A stretch of 63,179 nt of DNA, the filler included, from Octopus bimaculoides (taxonomy: Eukaryota), in the NCBI RefSeq assembly GCF_001194135.2. It is 3 parts of 2 records of this genome, joined end to end, with 100 filler letters (N's around TTAATTAATTAA, not from the genome) between each part and the next. Parts side by side here need not be neighbours in the genome. Positions count along the whole stretch, not along the records: positions 26,900 to 52,876 come from NC_068989.1; positions 52,977 to 63,179 come from NC_068989.1; 1 more part is not named here. The stretch is one strand, 5' to 3'. Shown piece by piece: positions 48,735 through 61,000 of this stretch. Under the pieces are notes generated by a model that had not been told where the DNA came from, ran no database searches, and saw nothing but the letters and a program-made list of their open reading frames with translations. Positions within the stretch are counted from its first letter, which is position 1; each line of letters starts with the position of its first letter. Both the position numbers and the translations under genes were made by a program.

Positions 48735-49605
48735 CAGGGCGTTCGTGTTAAATTTAACAGTCTGCATGAAAGGAAGAGAATACACAATATCCCATCCAAA
48801 AATGTGAACTATATTATGGCAGGGAGATAACACTTGTTCAAAATAGCCGCCGTCAGCTTCCCCCACAGCCTCAAGACAGCTCTGGGACCTGGCGCATGCG
48901 TTTCTCACTGTGTCCTCGAAAGATCTCCCAACACCACCTTGATCTTGGCCACTAGCTCAGTCTTGGTGTTCTAGGCAGAGTGTTTGGTGTTTTTCTCGAT
49001 CGCGCCACACACATAGCAATCCATATCATTACAATCGGGGAACTTAGGTCAGAAGTTAGCGCTGGTAAAAGTGTAGAAATTCTCCGACAATCACTTCTGT
49101 CCCTTTCCGGGGGTATGGGAAGGAGCCGAATCCTACTGTCACTCATATGGTCTACCAGCAGTAATCCTTTCAAGCCATGAATTAAACAAAGTTTCCAGCA
49201 GTTTTACATAGTCGCCTGAATTGAGACCAAAGTCCTGTTCAAAGATGTGGGGCGGCATGACGTCGCTCTCACTGGAGACACACCGAAAAACCATCCATCC
49301 TATCGGTCACGGCTTCATATTCTGCATTGCTGCTGTCCATGTCAAGTGTTACAGCTTTTACATCGTTCACAAGAAACAAAGCATTGAACAGTAGTCATGA
49401 TACCGGTATTTTGATACCCGGCACTAACCATCATGATACAGGTTTCAATATTCAGGTGGCTTTCAGTGCTCTCTGATAGCTAACTTTTCTCATCTACAGT
49501 CTTAATTTTTATGTTCTTTAACACCTTTGACTGTTCGCCAGAGCATCAAGCTGTTCCTGAAAATAGGATACATAAAACGTCGTCAAATTTAACCCGAACG
49601 CCCCG
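48735..49605 (-). mobile_element. Internally deleted maT (DD37D)-like Tc1/mariner transposon
   Basis: TA TSDs; TIRs cagggcgttcgtgttaaattt / aaatttaacccgaacgccccg. Minus translation *Q*DSAPSHT...F*PKFPDCNDMDCYVCGAIEK...RNACARSQSCLEAVGEADGGYFE. D-to-D spacing is 36 here, with one apparent codon lost from WPPNSPD. Confidence 0.82.
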
Positions 49606-50069
49606 TATTTAAGCATGGCTGCGTGGTTAAAAATTTCACAAAAGCAATCATTACGCTGTGGTTTCGATTTCACTGCATCGCATCTTGGGTATGTGACTCC
49701 ATGATAGCTCTAACAATGGCAGTATGTACCTGTAATTAAAAGGTCACGCTGATTCTACTTAGGGATTATGTTAAAGCTACACATGCCTGAGGGATACTCG
49801 ACCACTTCGTGAGTTAATTCAACTAGAAGATCGTCCAATTCATTTAGCTACTGCACACGCAAGTCAGAATCGAAGGGAGAATTATTATCTCTTATTCTAT
49901 CACTCAATCTCTCCCTATCTGTCTATCTATCTGTCTATCTATTTTTCTATCTATCTATCTATCTATCTATCTATATATATATATATTTATCTATCTATCT
50001 ATCTAGCTATCTATCNNNNNNNNNNTATCTATCTCTATTTACATATTTATTTATCTGTCTATCTTTCTG

Positions 50070-50109
<40 letters not shown>

Positions 50110-50439
50110 CCTACCTATCTATTTCACATACCCGTTCATTGGGAATTTTCCATAGACCCAGTATAAAAGTCGACCGTAGTGTTTCACGAACAACAGGATA
50201 ACATTTGTGGGCCAAGGTACCGTATTATCCAGTACGTAGAAATAACACTGTTACAAAGTTATGTGGTTAACTTACTGTACCCTGCTCTATATGTGAAATG
50301 CTTGGGGCTTATAATGGACTGCTCGGTGCTTATAATAAAACACCATAAAATAGCGAGCACTACACATCTGTTGATAGGTGCTACATTACCATTACTAAAA
50401 TGTATGCACAGGATATGTTGCAAGCCTGCAATACATCTC

Positions 50440-50810
50440 GAAGCACAATAAACACATGTGTCATACACTCGTTATTTACATGATGAGAAATGTGTCTCAC
50501 AGACAGCACTATTGGCGAACACTGGCAAACGCCACAATCTGAATTAGTACAAAAGCATGACATTGATAAGCCTAAAAACATTCAATTAATCGCTGGATCA
50601 GTGATTCCCATGCGACCTTTATATTTTCCTCATCTCCAAATACAATAAGCACATGCATCATACGGTCGACTGTTTATATGGTGAGAAACGTGTTTCACAG
50701 ACAGCATTATCGGTGAACAACAGCAAACACCACTGTATGAATTCGTACAGAGAAATGACATCGGTAAGCGTAAAAACATTTAGTTAATCGCTAGATCAGT
50801 GGTTCTCAAA
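50440..50810. repeat. Diverged tandem duplication, period about 198 bp
   Basis: 50440-50637 vs 50638-50810 (acaataa.cacatg..tcatac...gagaaa.gtgt.tcacagacagca.tat.gg.gaac...taaaaacatt...ttaatcgct.gatcagtg). Confidence 0.8.
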
Positions 50811-50915
50811 CTTTTTTTGCCGTGGCATCCTTCGACATTATTTTTAAAAACGTGGAACCCCTGATAATTTTCAGAGAACCCCGGGGGTTTGCAGAATGCA
50901 TTTTGGGAAACCATG
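50797..50915 (+). mobile_element. Short hAT-type MITE
   Basis: cagtggttctcaaac ... ttttgggaaaccatg; flanks cgctagat / ctccagat (6/8). Confidence 0.5.
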
Positions 50916-51129
50916 CTCCAGATTAACAATTCTACACCACAGAATGGACATTTACTGGTAACTGCACATGAGAGCTTTGCGGTCTTGTTCATGAGTTTTG
51001 TTAATTACTAGGACGCGTGTTTTGATGCATAGAATTTGTAATATTACGCTAATTCATTGTGCTTTTCGTTCTATTCGTTTAGAGATCAGTTGGGCTTTTG
51101 CTGCTGATACTGTACTTCAGATTCTAGCT

Positions 51130-51234
51130 TTAATTTCAGCCCCTCAAAGGTAGTATCCATGTAATAGTCGACCCCATAAATTTGACCTTAAAAGAATAGT
51201 CTAAAAACTTCGACTTTTACACGAGTATATACGG
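51130..51234. mobile_element. Terminus of a pogo/Tc2-like element
   Basis: Ends tcgacttttacacgagtatatacgg|ta, the reverse complement of a CCGTATATACTCG.GT..AAGTCGA-type TIR, with an internal gtcgacc subterminal repeat. Other end uncertain (possibly near 50130-50175). Confidence 0.4.
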
Positions 51235-51439
51235 TATATGTATGAGCGTGTGTTATGTGTGTGTATAAGTACACACACACACACACACACATACACACAC
51301 ACACACACACATATATATANNNNNNNNNNNNNNNNNNNNNNNNNNNNNNNNNNNNNNNNNNNNNNNNNNNNNNNNNNNNNNNNNNNNTATATATATATAT
51401 ATGAGACAATTTGACTTCTACAGTTGTTTCTGATTATCG

Positions 51440-52093
51440 GTTCGTTCATTGATTGGAAGGAGTCCTTTCTGCAATGTGGATACATATTTATTTGAGTTTA
51501 TGTTTCCCTCACACTCCACCAGCTCTGATCAACCATTGTTTCATAGAATAACCACCGTGTTTCGTTGTTGGCTACAATCTTTTTACATCAAATTCTTGAT
51601 CACAGAGTCTCTAGACCCACATACAACCACTGTCAAGAAATACAGCAAATCTGGACTCATCAGAGAATATGACAGTGTCCGAAAATGCTAGTGGCCTCCC
51701 CACCATCTCACTGGCGCAATGTTTTCTCCGCTTGATGTTGGCTGATCGAAGAAGTGGCTTCCTTTTTGCTGCTCTGCCATAGTAACCAAGTTGGTAGTGA
51801 TACCTGACAGCTGATCAACTTGTTCTGCTATGTCAGAGGCCTTCAAACGAGGATTACCACTTCTCTTAGCAAAGAGAAGGGTCCTGTCAGAGGGTCCTGG
51901 TTGATCTGAGCGAGGTGATGTGGACTTCTCCTCCTCTCTCTCCGGTGAATTGCACAATCTCACTATCAACTGTAGAAAGCGGGATCTCAAGGTTTTCTGA
52001 AATTTTACGCTGACCACGTCCACTTTCAGAATGACCCACAGTACGGCCTCTTTGAAATTCAGACAGTTCCAAGTCTTCCTTTGTACATGGCAT
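51440..52093 (-). mobile_element. Decayed Tc1-like transposase (N-terminal two-thirds)
   Basis: MPCTKEDLELSEFQRGRTVGHSESGRGQRKISENLEIPLSTVDSEIVQF (paired-like HTH); further minus-strand LVECEGNINSNKYVSTLQKGLLP. Confidence 0.8.
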
Positions 52094-52281
52094 GATTAAA
52101 CAGTCACATATAGAACCTGAAACATAAAAATGTCAATTAACAAAAAATATAAACCTTTACAAGTTAGAATAAATATAAAACAATGTTTTATGGGGGTGTC
52201 TATTTACTTCTGTCATGTCTGGTATATGTGTATGTATGCATGTATATATTATATAACGAGAGAGGCAAGTTGATAGAAATG

Positions 52282-52318
<37 letters not shown>

Positions 52319-52745
52319 GGAGATAGAGAGAGAGAGGGAGAGAGAAAGGGAGGCACACAGAGACAGAGACAAATATATGGAGGAAGGAAAGAAAGAGAGG
52401 AATACATGTTCGTTTTCTTTGTTCTATACATACAAATTTGAACACATAGTTCCAGAAGCCATTTAAGCTCGGATGTTCCTAGTAACTGGATTTGATTTTA
52501 TTTTTTTTTTGTATCTTAATTTTCAATAGCAATATCTTCTTGTGTTCGTATTTGGATTTTAACCCATTGTTCTATAAACACTGTTTTGTTTAAATAAAAT
52601 GCAATTTTACACTTTGCATATATTAATATTTGCATAATGATGTCTTTGAATTTACTAGAAGTTACAACCACGTTTATGTGTATGAGAGTGTATGTGTGTG
52701 TGTGTGTGTGTGTGTGGGTGTGTGTGTGTGTGTGTGTGTGTGTAC

Positions 52746-52876
52746 AGGCGCAGGCGTCGCTGTGTGGAAGAAAGCTTGCTTTCCAGCCAGATGGTTCCGA
52801 GTTCAGTTCCACTGTGTGGCACCTTGGATAAGTGTCTTCTACTATATCCTCGAGCCGACCATAACCTTGTGAGTGG
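52746..52876 (+). mobile_element. SINE family C, 5' part (runs into a gap)
   Basis: aggcgcaggcgtcgctgtgtggaagaaagcttgctttccagccagatggttccgagttcagttccactgtgtggcaccttgg. Confidence 0.85.
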
Positions 52877-53654
52877 NNNNNNNNNNNNNNNNNNNNNNNN
52901 NNNNNNNNNNNNNNNNNNNNTTAATTAATTAANNNNNNNNNNNNNNNNNNNNNNNNNNNNNNNNNNNNNNNNNNNNCACCCACCGAAAACAAACAAAAGA
53001 AAAAAAAGGAAATAATTAAAACAAACTCCACGCCCTGAACCAAAAACCGAAATGAGAACGCAGAAATTAACAATTAACAAAAGCAAAGGAACTCAAAAAA
53101 AAAAACCATAATTCCAAAATTACCAAGAATCAAATGCAAGGAACAAATAGAGCTGGAACTATGTTCAATTTGATATATGACACACCTGACTTAATGGATG
53201 TTGTTATTACAAGAATGCATGTTCCCAAGACAACCGTTGAGTATATTCCCCAATGAAAGAATGCATCTCTTCCAAAATAAAACTAGTGTTTTTTTTGTTT
53301 TTGTTTTTATCATTTATTATTATGATTATTATTATTATTATTATTAATCATCGCTATGATTAATATTATCAACATTAATACTATCTGTACTATTTGTTTA
53401 CTGCTGCCATTATTATGAACAACCATCACTGTTACAACCACCAAAACTACCACCACCACCATCATCATTATCAGCATAGTTCATACTATCACTACCACCA
53501 CCATCACCACCACTGCCGCCATTTCCAGTTAATTACATAATAGATTCTGAAGCCAGAAAGAGAGAGACAAAAGAACAGAAATAGAAAAGAAACAAAAAAT
53601 AAAATCAAAACAAAAAATGCATTATACATACACCACACATATATACATAGATGA

Positions 53655-53686
<32 letters not shown>

Positions 53687-53996
53687 GGGGTAGGGTGGGT
53701 GTATACATGTATATATATATATGCATACATATATTATATGTACATATGTATGCACATATATAAATAAATATTCACAACACACACACATAGATGTGTTTCT
53801 GTGTGTACATATATATGCGTGCTTTTTGTTCTCCATGGGTTTTTCTAAGGCTGAGACTCGAAATACACCTGTAATTATGTATTCTTAAACAATGCAACGT
53901 AACCTGAAGAAATAGAAGAAAGTGGTTGAGGAATAATAAAAAGTCACAGATGCATTATACAAATGCACACAACACACACAGACACATATATATATA

Positions 53997-54228
53997 CAGA
54001 GGTGGACTGGGTCTAAAAATATTGGCTGCCAAGAGACTGAGGGGGCTCAGCCGCAATTACAATGCTATCTTTTAATATTTTTTTTTTGTTGAAAGTATTC
54101 TTTTCAACTGTCTACAAACACAGCCAGGCTGAAATAATTAATGCATTCTTAGATACTGACATGGGCCCCCACATATGGATTCTAATGGTGCACAGGCCCA
54201 CTTGCCATCAGGCAACCTGGCCAGTCTC

Positions 54229-54233
<5 letters not shown>
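53997..54233. mobile_element. Possible hAT-like MITE
   Basis: Imperfect inverted ends cagaggtggactgg / ccagtctctactg; no TSD visible (microsatellite flanks). Confidence 0.35.
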
Positions 54234-54262
<29 letters not shown>

Positions 54263-54508
54263 NNNNNNNNNNNNNNNNNNNNNNNNNNNNNNNNNNNNNN
54301 NNNNNNNNNNNNNNNNNNNNNNNNNNNNNNNNNNNNNNNNNNNNNNNNNNNNNNNNNNNNNNNNNNNNNNNNNNNNNNNNNNNNNNNNNNNNNNNNNNNN
54401 NNNNNNNNNNNNNNNNNNNNNNNNNNNNNNNNNNNNNNNNNNNNNNNNNNNNNNNNNNNNNNNNNNNNNNNNNNNNNNNNNNNNNNNNNNNNNNNNNNAT
54501 ATATATTC

Positions 54509-54685
54509 AGGGCAGTGAGCTGGCAGAGTTGTTAGCATGCTGGGCGAAATGCTTAACCGTATTTTGTCTGCCGTTACATTCTGAGTTCAAATTCCGCCGA
54601 GGTCGACTTCACCTTTCACCGTTTCGGGGGTTGATTAAATAAATACCAGTTACACACTGGGGTCAATGTAATCAACTTAATCCCT
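54509..54685 (+). mobile_element. tRNA-derived SINE, family A
   Basis: agggcagtgagctggcagagttgttagcatgctgggcgaaatgctt...ctgagttcaaattccgccgaggtcgac. Confidence 0.85.
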
Positions 54686-55009
54686 TTTATGTGTCCTTGT
54701 TTGTCTCCTCTATGTCTAGCTCCCTGTGGGCAATAAAGAAATATATGTATATATTTTAATTGTTGGTAGCTGCACTGTATATAATTATGCAATATACTAC
54801 CAAGTAGACGAAAGGCTTATAAATCAATGCTATGTCCTAGCTGTGTTAGCAGTGTTATTCAGTCACTTTTTAAAGTTATCTCTCGAAGGGTTATTTTATA
54901 GAAAATTATGATCTTTTGCATACGAATATGTCTACATAAACAATTCAGAGCAGGTTCTAGATTCTATCGAAAATCTGTAGAGATATCTTTAAAAAGAGAT
55001 ATTTTTTTT

Positions 55010-55194
55010 ATTCTTTCACTTGTTCCAGTGAATTGGCTGCAGCACCACCTTTAGTCGACCAAATCGAGCCCAGAACTTACTCTCTGTAAGCCAAGTACTT
55101 ACTCTATTGGTCTTCTTTTATCAAACCGCTAAGTTACGGGTACGTAAATACACCAACATAAGTTGACAAGCAAGGTGGGGGGACAAACACACAA

Positions 55195-55274
<80 letters not shown>

Positions 55275-55378
55275 ATATATACAAATATACATATATATAT
55301 ATATACAAATATACATATATATATATATACAAATATACATATATATATATACAGACACACAAATATATACATATACAC

Positions 55379-55415
<37 letters not shown>

Positions 55416-55566
55416 GCTTCTTGCAGTTTCCATCTACCAAATCCACTCACAAAGCTTTGGTCGACCCGAGGCTATAGTAGAAGACACCTGCTCAAGGTGC
55501 CACACAGTGGGACTGAACCTGGAACCAAGTGGTTGGGAAGCAAGCTCCTTACCACACAGCCACTAC
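55010..55566 (-). mobile_element. tRNA-derived SINE, family C, with expanded internal (TA)n/22-mer tract
   Basis: Same termini as 27510-27930; internal tract 55185-55410. Confidence 0.9.
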
Positions 55567-55745
55567 ATTTTTTTTTTATAGAAAGTTATAACCTTTTGCA
55601 TACGAATATGTTTACATAAACAATTCAGTGAAGACTCTAGATTCTATCAAAAATATGTAGAGATATCTTTGAGCACACAGATTTTCATAGTCGGGTGGTT
55701 TGACATCTATTTTTAGCATACTAGGAATCCACTTAGAGATCTCTC

Positions 55746-55777
<32 letters not shown>

Positions 55778-56287
55778 NNNNNNNNNNNNNNNNNNNNNNN
55801 NNNNNNNNNNNNNNNNNNNNNNNNNNNNNNNNNNNNNNNNNNNNNNNNNNNNNNNNNNNNNNNNNNNNNNAGAAGGCTTTCGTTTGTTTTTCATCTACCA
55901 ATTCTACTTGTCCAAAATACCATGGAGTAAGAAGAAACCCCCAGAACATGTGGTTGCAATCTGAAATTTGTAACCACACAGCTTTGTAAATATGTACCAT
56001 CATCATCATCATCAACAATGAATGGCCACTTGGTCGTGCTTGCATGAGTTTGACAGAATTTGTTGAAGTAGATTTTCTATTGCTAGATGCCTCCTTTCGG
56101 TTGCCAAACCTCACTTGTTTCCAACCAAGGTAGTACTTTCCCATATGAGACAGAAAACAAAGAGCACCGCTTGAATAGCAATGATGCTCATTTACAATCA
56201 CCTCACGATATCAAGACAAGTGTACATACAAACACACACACACACACACATACATGCATACATACAAATACACATACACATACATAC

Positions 56288-56555
56288 ATCATCATCCTCA
56301 TCATCATTTAACGTCCATTCTCCACGCTGGCACGGGTTAGAAAATTTGACAGGAGTGAGCAAGCTGGAGGGCTGCACCTGGTTCCAATTGTCTGTTTTGG
56401 CATAGTTTCCACAGTTAGATGCCTTTCCTAATGCCTACCACTTCACAGAATGGATTGGATACATTTTACATGGTGTCAGTTCTGGTGCATTTTACATGGG
56501 ACCAGCATGGGTGTTCGTTACATGGCATGAGCACAGGTGCTTTTTACATGGCACT
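56288..56555 (-). mobile_element. SINE family D (RTE-like tail ...aacgtcc / (GAT)n)
   Basis: Reverse complement ends aacccgtgccagcgtggagaatggacgttaaatgatgatga; homologous to 58790-59116 and 62440-62755. Confidence 0.75.
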
Positions 56556-56697
56556 AGATTAGTTTTAGGGTTCAACAGAATCTAGACACATCACTGGGTA
56601 GGATGCCAGAAATGGCTAAGTACAATAACATAGGGGACACAATGAGATCAAACAACAATGAAAGTATCAAGTGTTGAGAAGATGGTAGGATACTGTA

Positions 56698-56751
<54 letters not shown>

Positions 56752-56753
56752 CA

Positions 56754-56787
<34 letters not shown>

Positions 56788-57174
56788 AAGAGAGAGAGAG
56801 AGAGTAAATCTTATTATCTAACATAAGGTGGCAGTCCTGATTAGGACAAAAGTTACTGCTATTTAGCCCCAAGAAAACATCATTTCCAGCTGGCTATCGA
56901 CACAGTAACTGTATCCTTATATTTTCGAACAAGGGGGATAATGTTCTCACTCAGCTTGCTACTTTACGTTGGCAAATAAGCATTACTCTGTCGTACTGTG
57001 GCTTAATGTTTCTTGTTCAGAGATTTAGAACTAGTAATTTATATACAGATAGATAGATAGATAGATAGATAGATGCGTGTATATATATATATATANNNNN
57101 NNNNNNNNNNNNNNNNNNNNNNNNNNNNNNNNNNNNNNNNNNATATAATTATATGTATATATACATATAATGTA

Positions 57175-58110
57175 GTGAGCAAAAAAGGAGAATGATTAAT
57201 ATTTTTTTAAATACCGGTAAAGCTAACGAACATAAAAATTTGTAATTGGTTTCGTAAACACAGTTAGCCATTAGCTAAATTTTCTGAAAAATCTAAGTTT
57301 GTTTATACAACGATCTTAATAAAAGCTAATAACACTAACACCAGTTTTGTCCGAATGTCTCATGTGCAAAATAAGAGAACGATTAGGTTCCTTCAGAAAT
57401 TTCTAGAAATTACAAACATTGTTTACATTTGCAGGCTCAACGTTACGACCGTCTCAGGATTGTGCTAGCTTCCGAACATGGCACACCACATTAAAGTTAC
57501 TCCTGACCTCCAAAAGAAATTGTCAGGATGAAAGTTTCATGAATGTCTCTCTCAAGTATTTCACAAGACGTTAGGAGATCTAAGGGCGTGGTTTCATGTG
57601 TTCTTAAGCTCTATGAAGAAACTAAAGGTTTTGAACCAAAAACGGCAACTGGTAGACCACGCAAAACCACCATGTGAGATGATTGAGCCAAGATATGGTA
57701 CATATTGAAGGATCCTTTCGGGATTGTGGTTGAAATTTCTAAGAAAATAAGAGTAAACAATGGTACGGAAGTGAGCCACTTTACAGTGTCTCGTCGTCTG
57801 ATGGAATTTGGATTAAAGACTGTTCCCCCGGCAACGAAACCTACCATCAGCAAAAAGAACAAATTGGAAAGACTTTCATTTGCAGAAGCTCATGTGAACT
57901 GGAGGGATGGAAATTGGTCAAAAGTTCATTTTAGTGATGAAAGCAAATTCAATTTAGTAGGTTCAGATGGTAGAGAGTATGTTAGGCGCTTCACAGGAGA
58001 TTGGCTAAAATCCAAGTGCCTGAAGAAATCTGCCATGTTTGGAGGAGGAAACGTCACAGTGTGGGGATTGATTTCTTCTGAAGCACCTGTGCCCGTGCCA
58101 CATAGAAAGC
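57175..58110 (+). mobile_element. Decayed Tc1-like transposon (5' two-thirds)
   Basis: TGRPRKTT; VSRRLMEFGLK; WSKVHFSDESKFNLVGSDGREYVRR; FGGGNVTVWGLIS (ORF 57705-58154 covers part). Possible TIR gtgagcaaaaaagg at about 57175. Confidence 0.85.
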
Positions 58111-58789
58111 ATTTGTGCTTGTGTCACATAATGAGCACCCATGCGGGTCCCTAGTAAAATGCACCAGAACTGACACCATGTAAAATTCATTTCTCCATTT
58201 CTTTTTGTATGATTATATTAGCAATTGAAACCAGTTACATCTTTTACTTTAAGCTTAAAGAAACATAACCAAACTTCAATGAATAGAATTTTCCCCTTTT
58301 CCTAGAACATTGCTTTAAGTCTTTTCTTGTTTGTTCCATGTATTTTTCTTGTTTGTTCCATGTATTTTTCTAGTTTTATCTTGTATTTCCACGTGAAGTA
58401 GCCATTTTATTTGAGTTTAAAGAATTTCCAGATCACACACAGTTGGCTATGTAAGCCAGTAACAGACTATCCAAGCATGAAACTTAAAGTGGCTCATGTA
58501 TAATCCACACACACACACACACACACACAGAGATACATACACATATAAACAAATAAACATAAATAAAATGAATGGTGTTATATAAATAAAAACTAAATCT
58601 GAAGTATAAAAGAACTCACTACAAATGTATTATGAAATTTCTTTAAATAATTTTAATGACAGTGGCTTTAAAGTTACAGTCAATAAAGCTATCAATAAGT
58701 GACAGTTAGTAAATTCAACACACACACTTATTCATCTTTGCAAAAGTATATGTTTGAGAAGACCCGTTGAGTCAAGTAAAACCAAAATC

Positions 58790-59116
58790 GTAGCTGTGGC
58801 CAGTGACCCCTGAGTGGCTCCTGTGATGGTGGTACATAAAAAGCACCATCCAAATATGATTGATACCAAGGTCACCTGACTGGCTCCCTAGCCGGTGGTA
58901 CATAAAAAGCATCACCTGAATGTGGTCGACGCCAAGTCCACCTGACTGGCTCATGTATCAGTGGCATGTAAAAAGCACCCACTACACTCTCGAAGTGATT
59001 GGTATAAGGAAAGGCATCCAGTCATAGAAACCAAACCTAAACAGACATGAGCCTGGTGCAGCTCTCTGGCTTATCAGATCTGGTCAAACTATCTAACCCA
59101 TGCCAGCATGGAAAAC
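58790..59116 (+). mobile_element. SINE family D with three internal units of about 63 bp
   Basis: Repeated ctgactggctc...ggtgg(c/t)a(c/t)(a/g)taaaaagca(c/t)c; ends aacccatgccagcatggaaaac. Confidence 0.8.
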
Positions 59117-59127
59117 AGAGGCTTCAG

Positions 59128-59412
59128 TAGGCACATGGCTCAGTGGTTAGGGTATCAGGCTTACAATCATGAGGTAGTAAGTTCAATTCTCAGCCGGGCT
59201 GTGTGCGACATTCTTAAGCAAGATATTATATTTCATGTTGATCCAGTTCACTCAGCTGTAGAAATGAGTTGTGACATCTCTGGTGCCAAGCTGTATTGGT
59301 CTTTGCATGGGTGACTGCTGGTCTTCCATAAACAACTTTGCCCAGACTTATGCATCGGAAAGTAACTTTCTAGGTGCAATCCCATGGTCATTCATGACCG
59401 AAGGGGCACTTT
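59128..59412 (+). mobile_element. tRNA-derived SINE, family B variant (same subtype as 7836-8070)
   Basis: tggctcagtggttaggg A box; aagttcaattc B box; cagctgtagaaatgagttgtgac; ggtcttccataaacaact. Confidence 0.8.
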
Positions 59413-60551
59413 ATACCCTCAGTAATAAGATAGTCACATGGAATATGACATTTAGTCTTAGCAAGGTATTTTTTCACCAAAATCGCTCAACAAATGTTCA
59501 CATCAAATGAATTCTCTGGAGCTTGTCCCAAATAAAAAAGTGATGAAACAGATCCCAGAGGAATAGCTAAAATGTAAGCTACCCAGGGCAGCCCTTGAGT
59601 CACCCTTCCCTTTACCTTGGGTTCCGAAACCGATAAAAGCTTATACAGCAGACCCAATAGAATAACCCACATAAAAATATAACCTGAGGCTGAATGGCGC
59701 CTTATCCTGTTCACCCTTCTACCATTTATACAACTGCTAGAAGGAAAGTGTTAATTTCTGATACACAATGTAAAGGAAATATGCATTATCTTTTGCATGT
59801 GTGTAATTAGAAGACAGAGCTTAAAAAACTGAAGAAGAAAAATGAATAAGGAAATATAAGGTTTCTAGTAAATATCACCAACAGCAAGAGAAAAGAAGAT
59901 GAAATGATATAATGCAAATATTTCAAACCATTAAAGAGCAAAAAATGGAAAAAGAAAATATAAAGTTGGAAAAGAGAAAGGAATAAATGAAAAAAGAGAT
60001 AGAGAGAGTTTGTGTGTGTGTGTGTGTGTGTGTCTGCCCCACCCCAAATCAAACAGAAAAATAATCAATATTTGTTCTGATACTTTATAAAAGAAAAAAA
60101 TATATATACATTAAACATTTTAGAAAAATGGGAAAAAGATGACAAAATGGTGGTGGTGGTGGGGGGTGGATTTTTCTAATAAAAAATTAAATTTAAGGAA
60201 ATGAAACTAACAAAAAATAATTTGAAAATTGGAAATGCTGCAAATTGTTATTAATATAATAATTCTATAAATGATGTAATTGTTTGACATTGAAGAAAAA
60301 AATATTAAATGTAAGTGGGTTTTGCGTGCATGTGTGTATGTATGTGTGCATGCACGTTTGAGTGTGCGTGTGTAGTTTTGGAGAATAAATGGCAATGCAA
60401 TCCTTAGAATTACAATTTCAGATGCTTCAACTTCTATTAAGAATACTGACAAGTGTGTGTGTGTGTGTGTGTGTGTTTGTTTTTATGGTGAGAGATAATA
60501 AAAAAGTTTAACATGAAACTGAAGAATTAATCAATACTTCTTATAAAGTTG

Positions 60552-60760
60552 TTGTTGTTGGCACTCCGCCGCTTACGACGTTGAGGGTTCCAGTCGATCC
60601 GATCAACGGAACAGCCTGCTCATGAAATTAACGTGCAAGTGGCTGAGCACTCCACAGACACGTGTACCCTTAACGTAGTTCTCGGGGATATTCAGTGTGA
60701 CACAGTGTGACAAGGCTAACCCTTTGAATTACAGGCACAACAGAAACAGGAAGTAAGAGT
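60552..60760 (-). mobile_element. SINE family B, 3' half
   Basis: Reverse complement of gatcaacggaacagcctgctcatgaaattaacgtgcaagtggctgagcactccacagacacgtgtaccctt matches 43610-43700; (AAC)n tail. Confidence 0.85.
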
Positions 60761-60819
60761 GTAAAAGATAAAAATATGTGATGAAGCAAACTCCAAAGAG
60801 ACTAGGAGTGGGGCCTGTG

Positions 60820-61000
60820 CTGACAAAACTTGTACTACTTGGTAAAATGAATAAAAAGAGTGGAGTGACCTTGCGGTGAGGAGTGGAAAATCCAATGTTT
60901 CAGACTGTACTTCTTGAAGGCAAAGTTAATAGGAGAAACATTAATAAAAGGCAGCAGAGTTTTGCATCATCAATGTTAGAAAAACTGGCTGCAACGTAGA
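60820..61000 (+). mobile_element. Possible RTE-type LINE C-terminal relic
   Basis: FQTVLLEGKVNRRNINKRQ resembles the ..LEG.V.G.R.RGR motif near RTE ORF ends; very short match. Confidence 0.3.

Noticed and set aside
52921-52932. Second TTAATTAATTAA island
   Set aside because: Same 100-bp linker construct.
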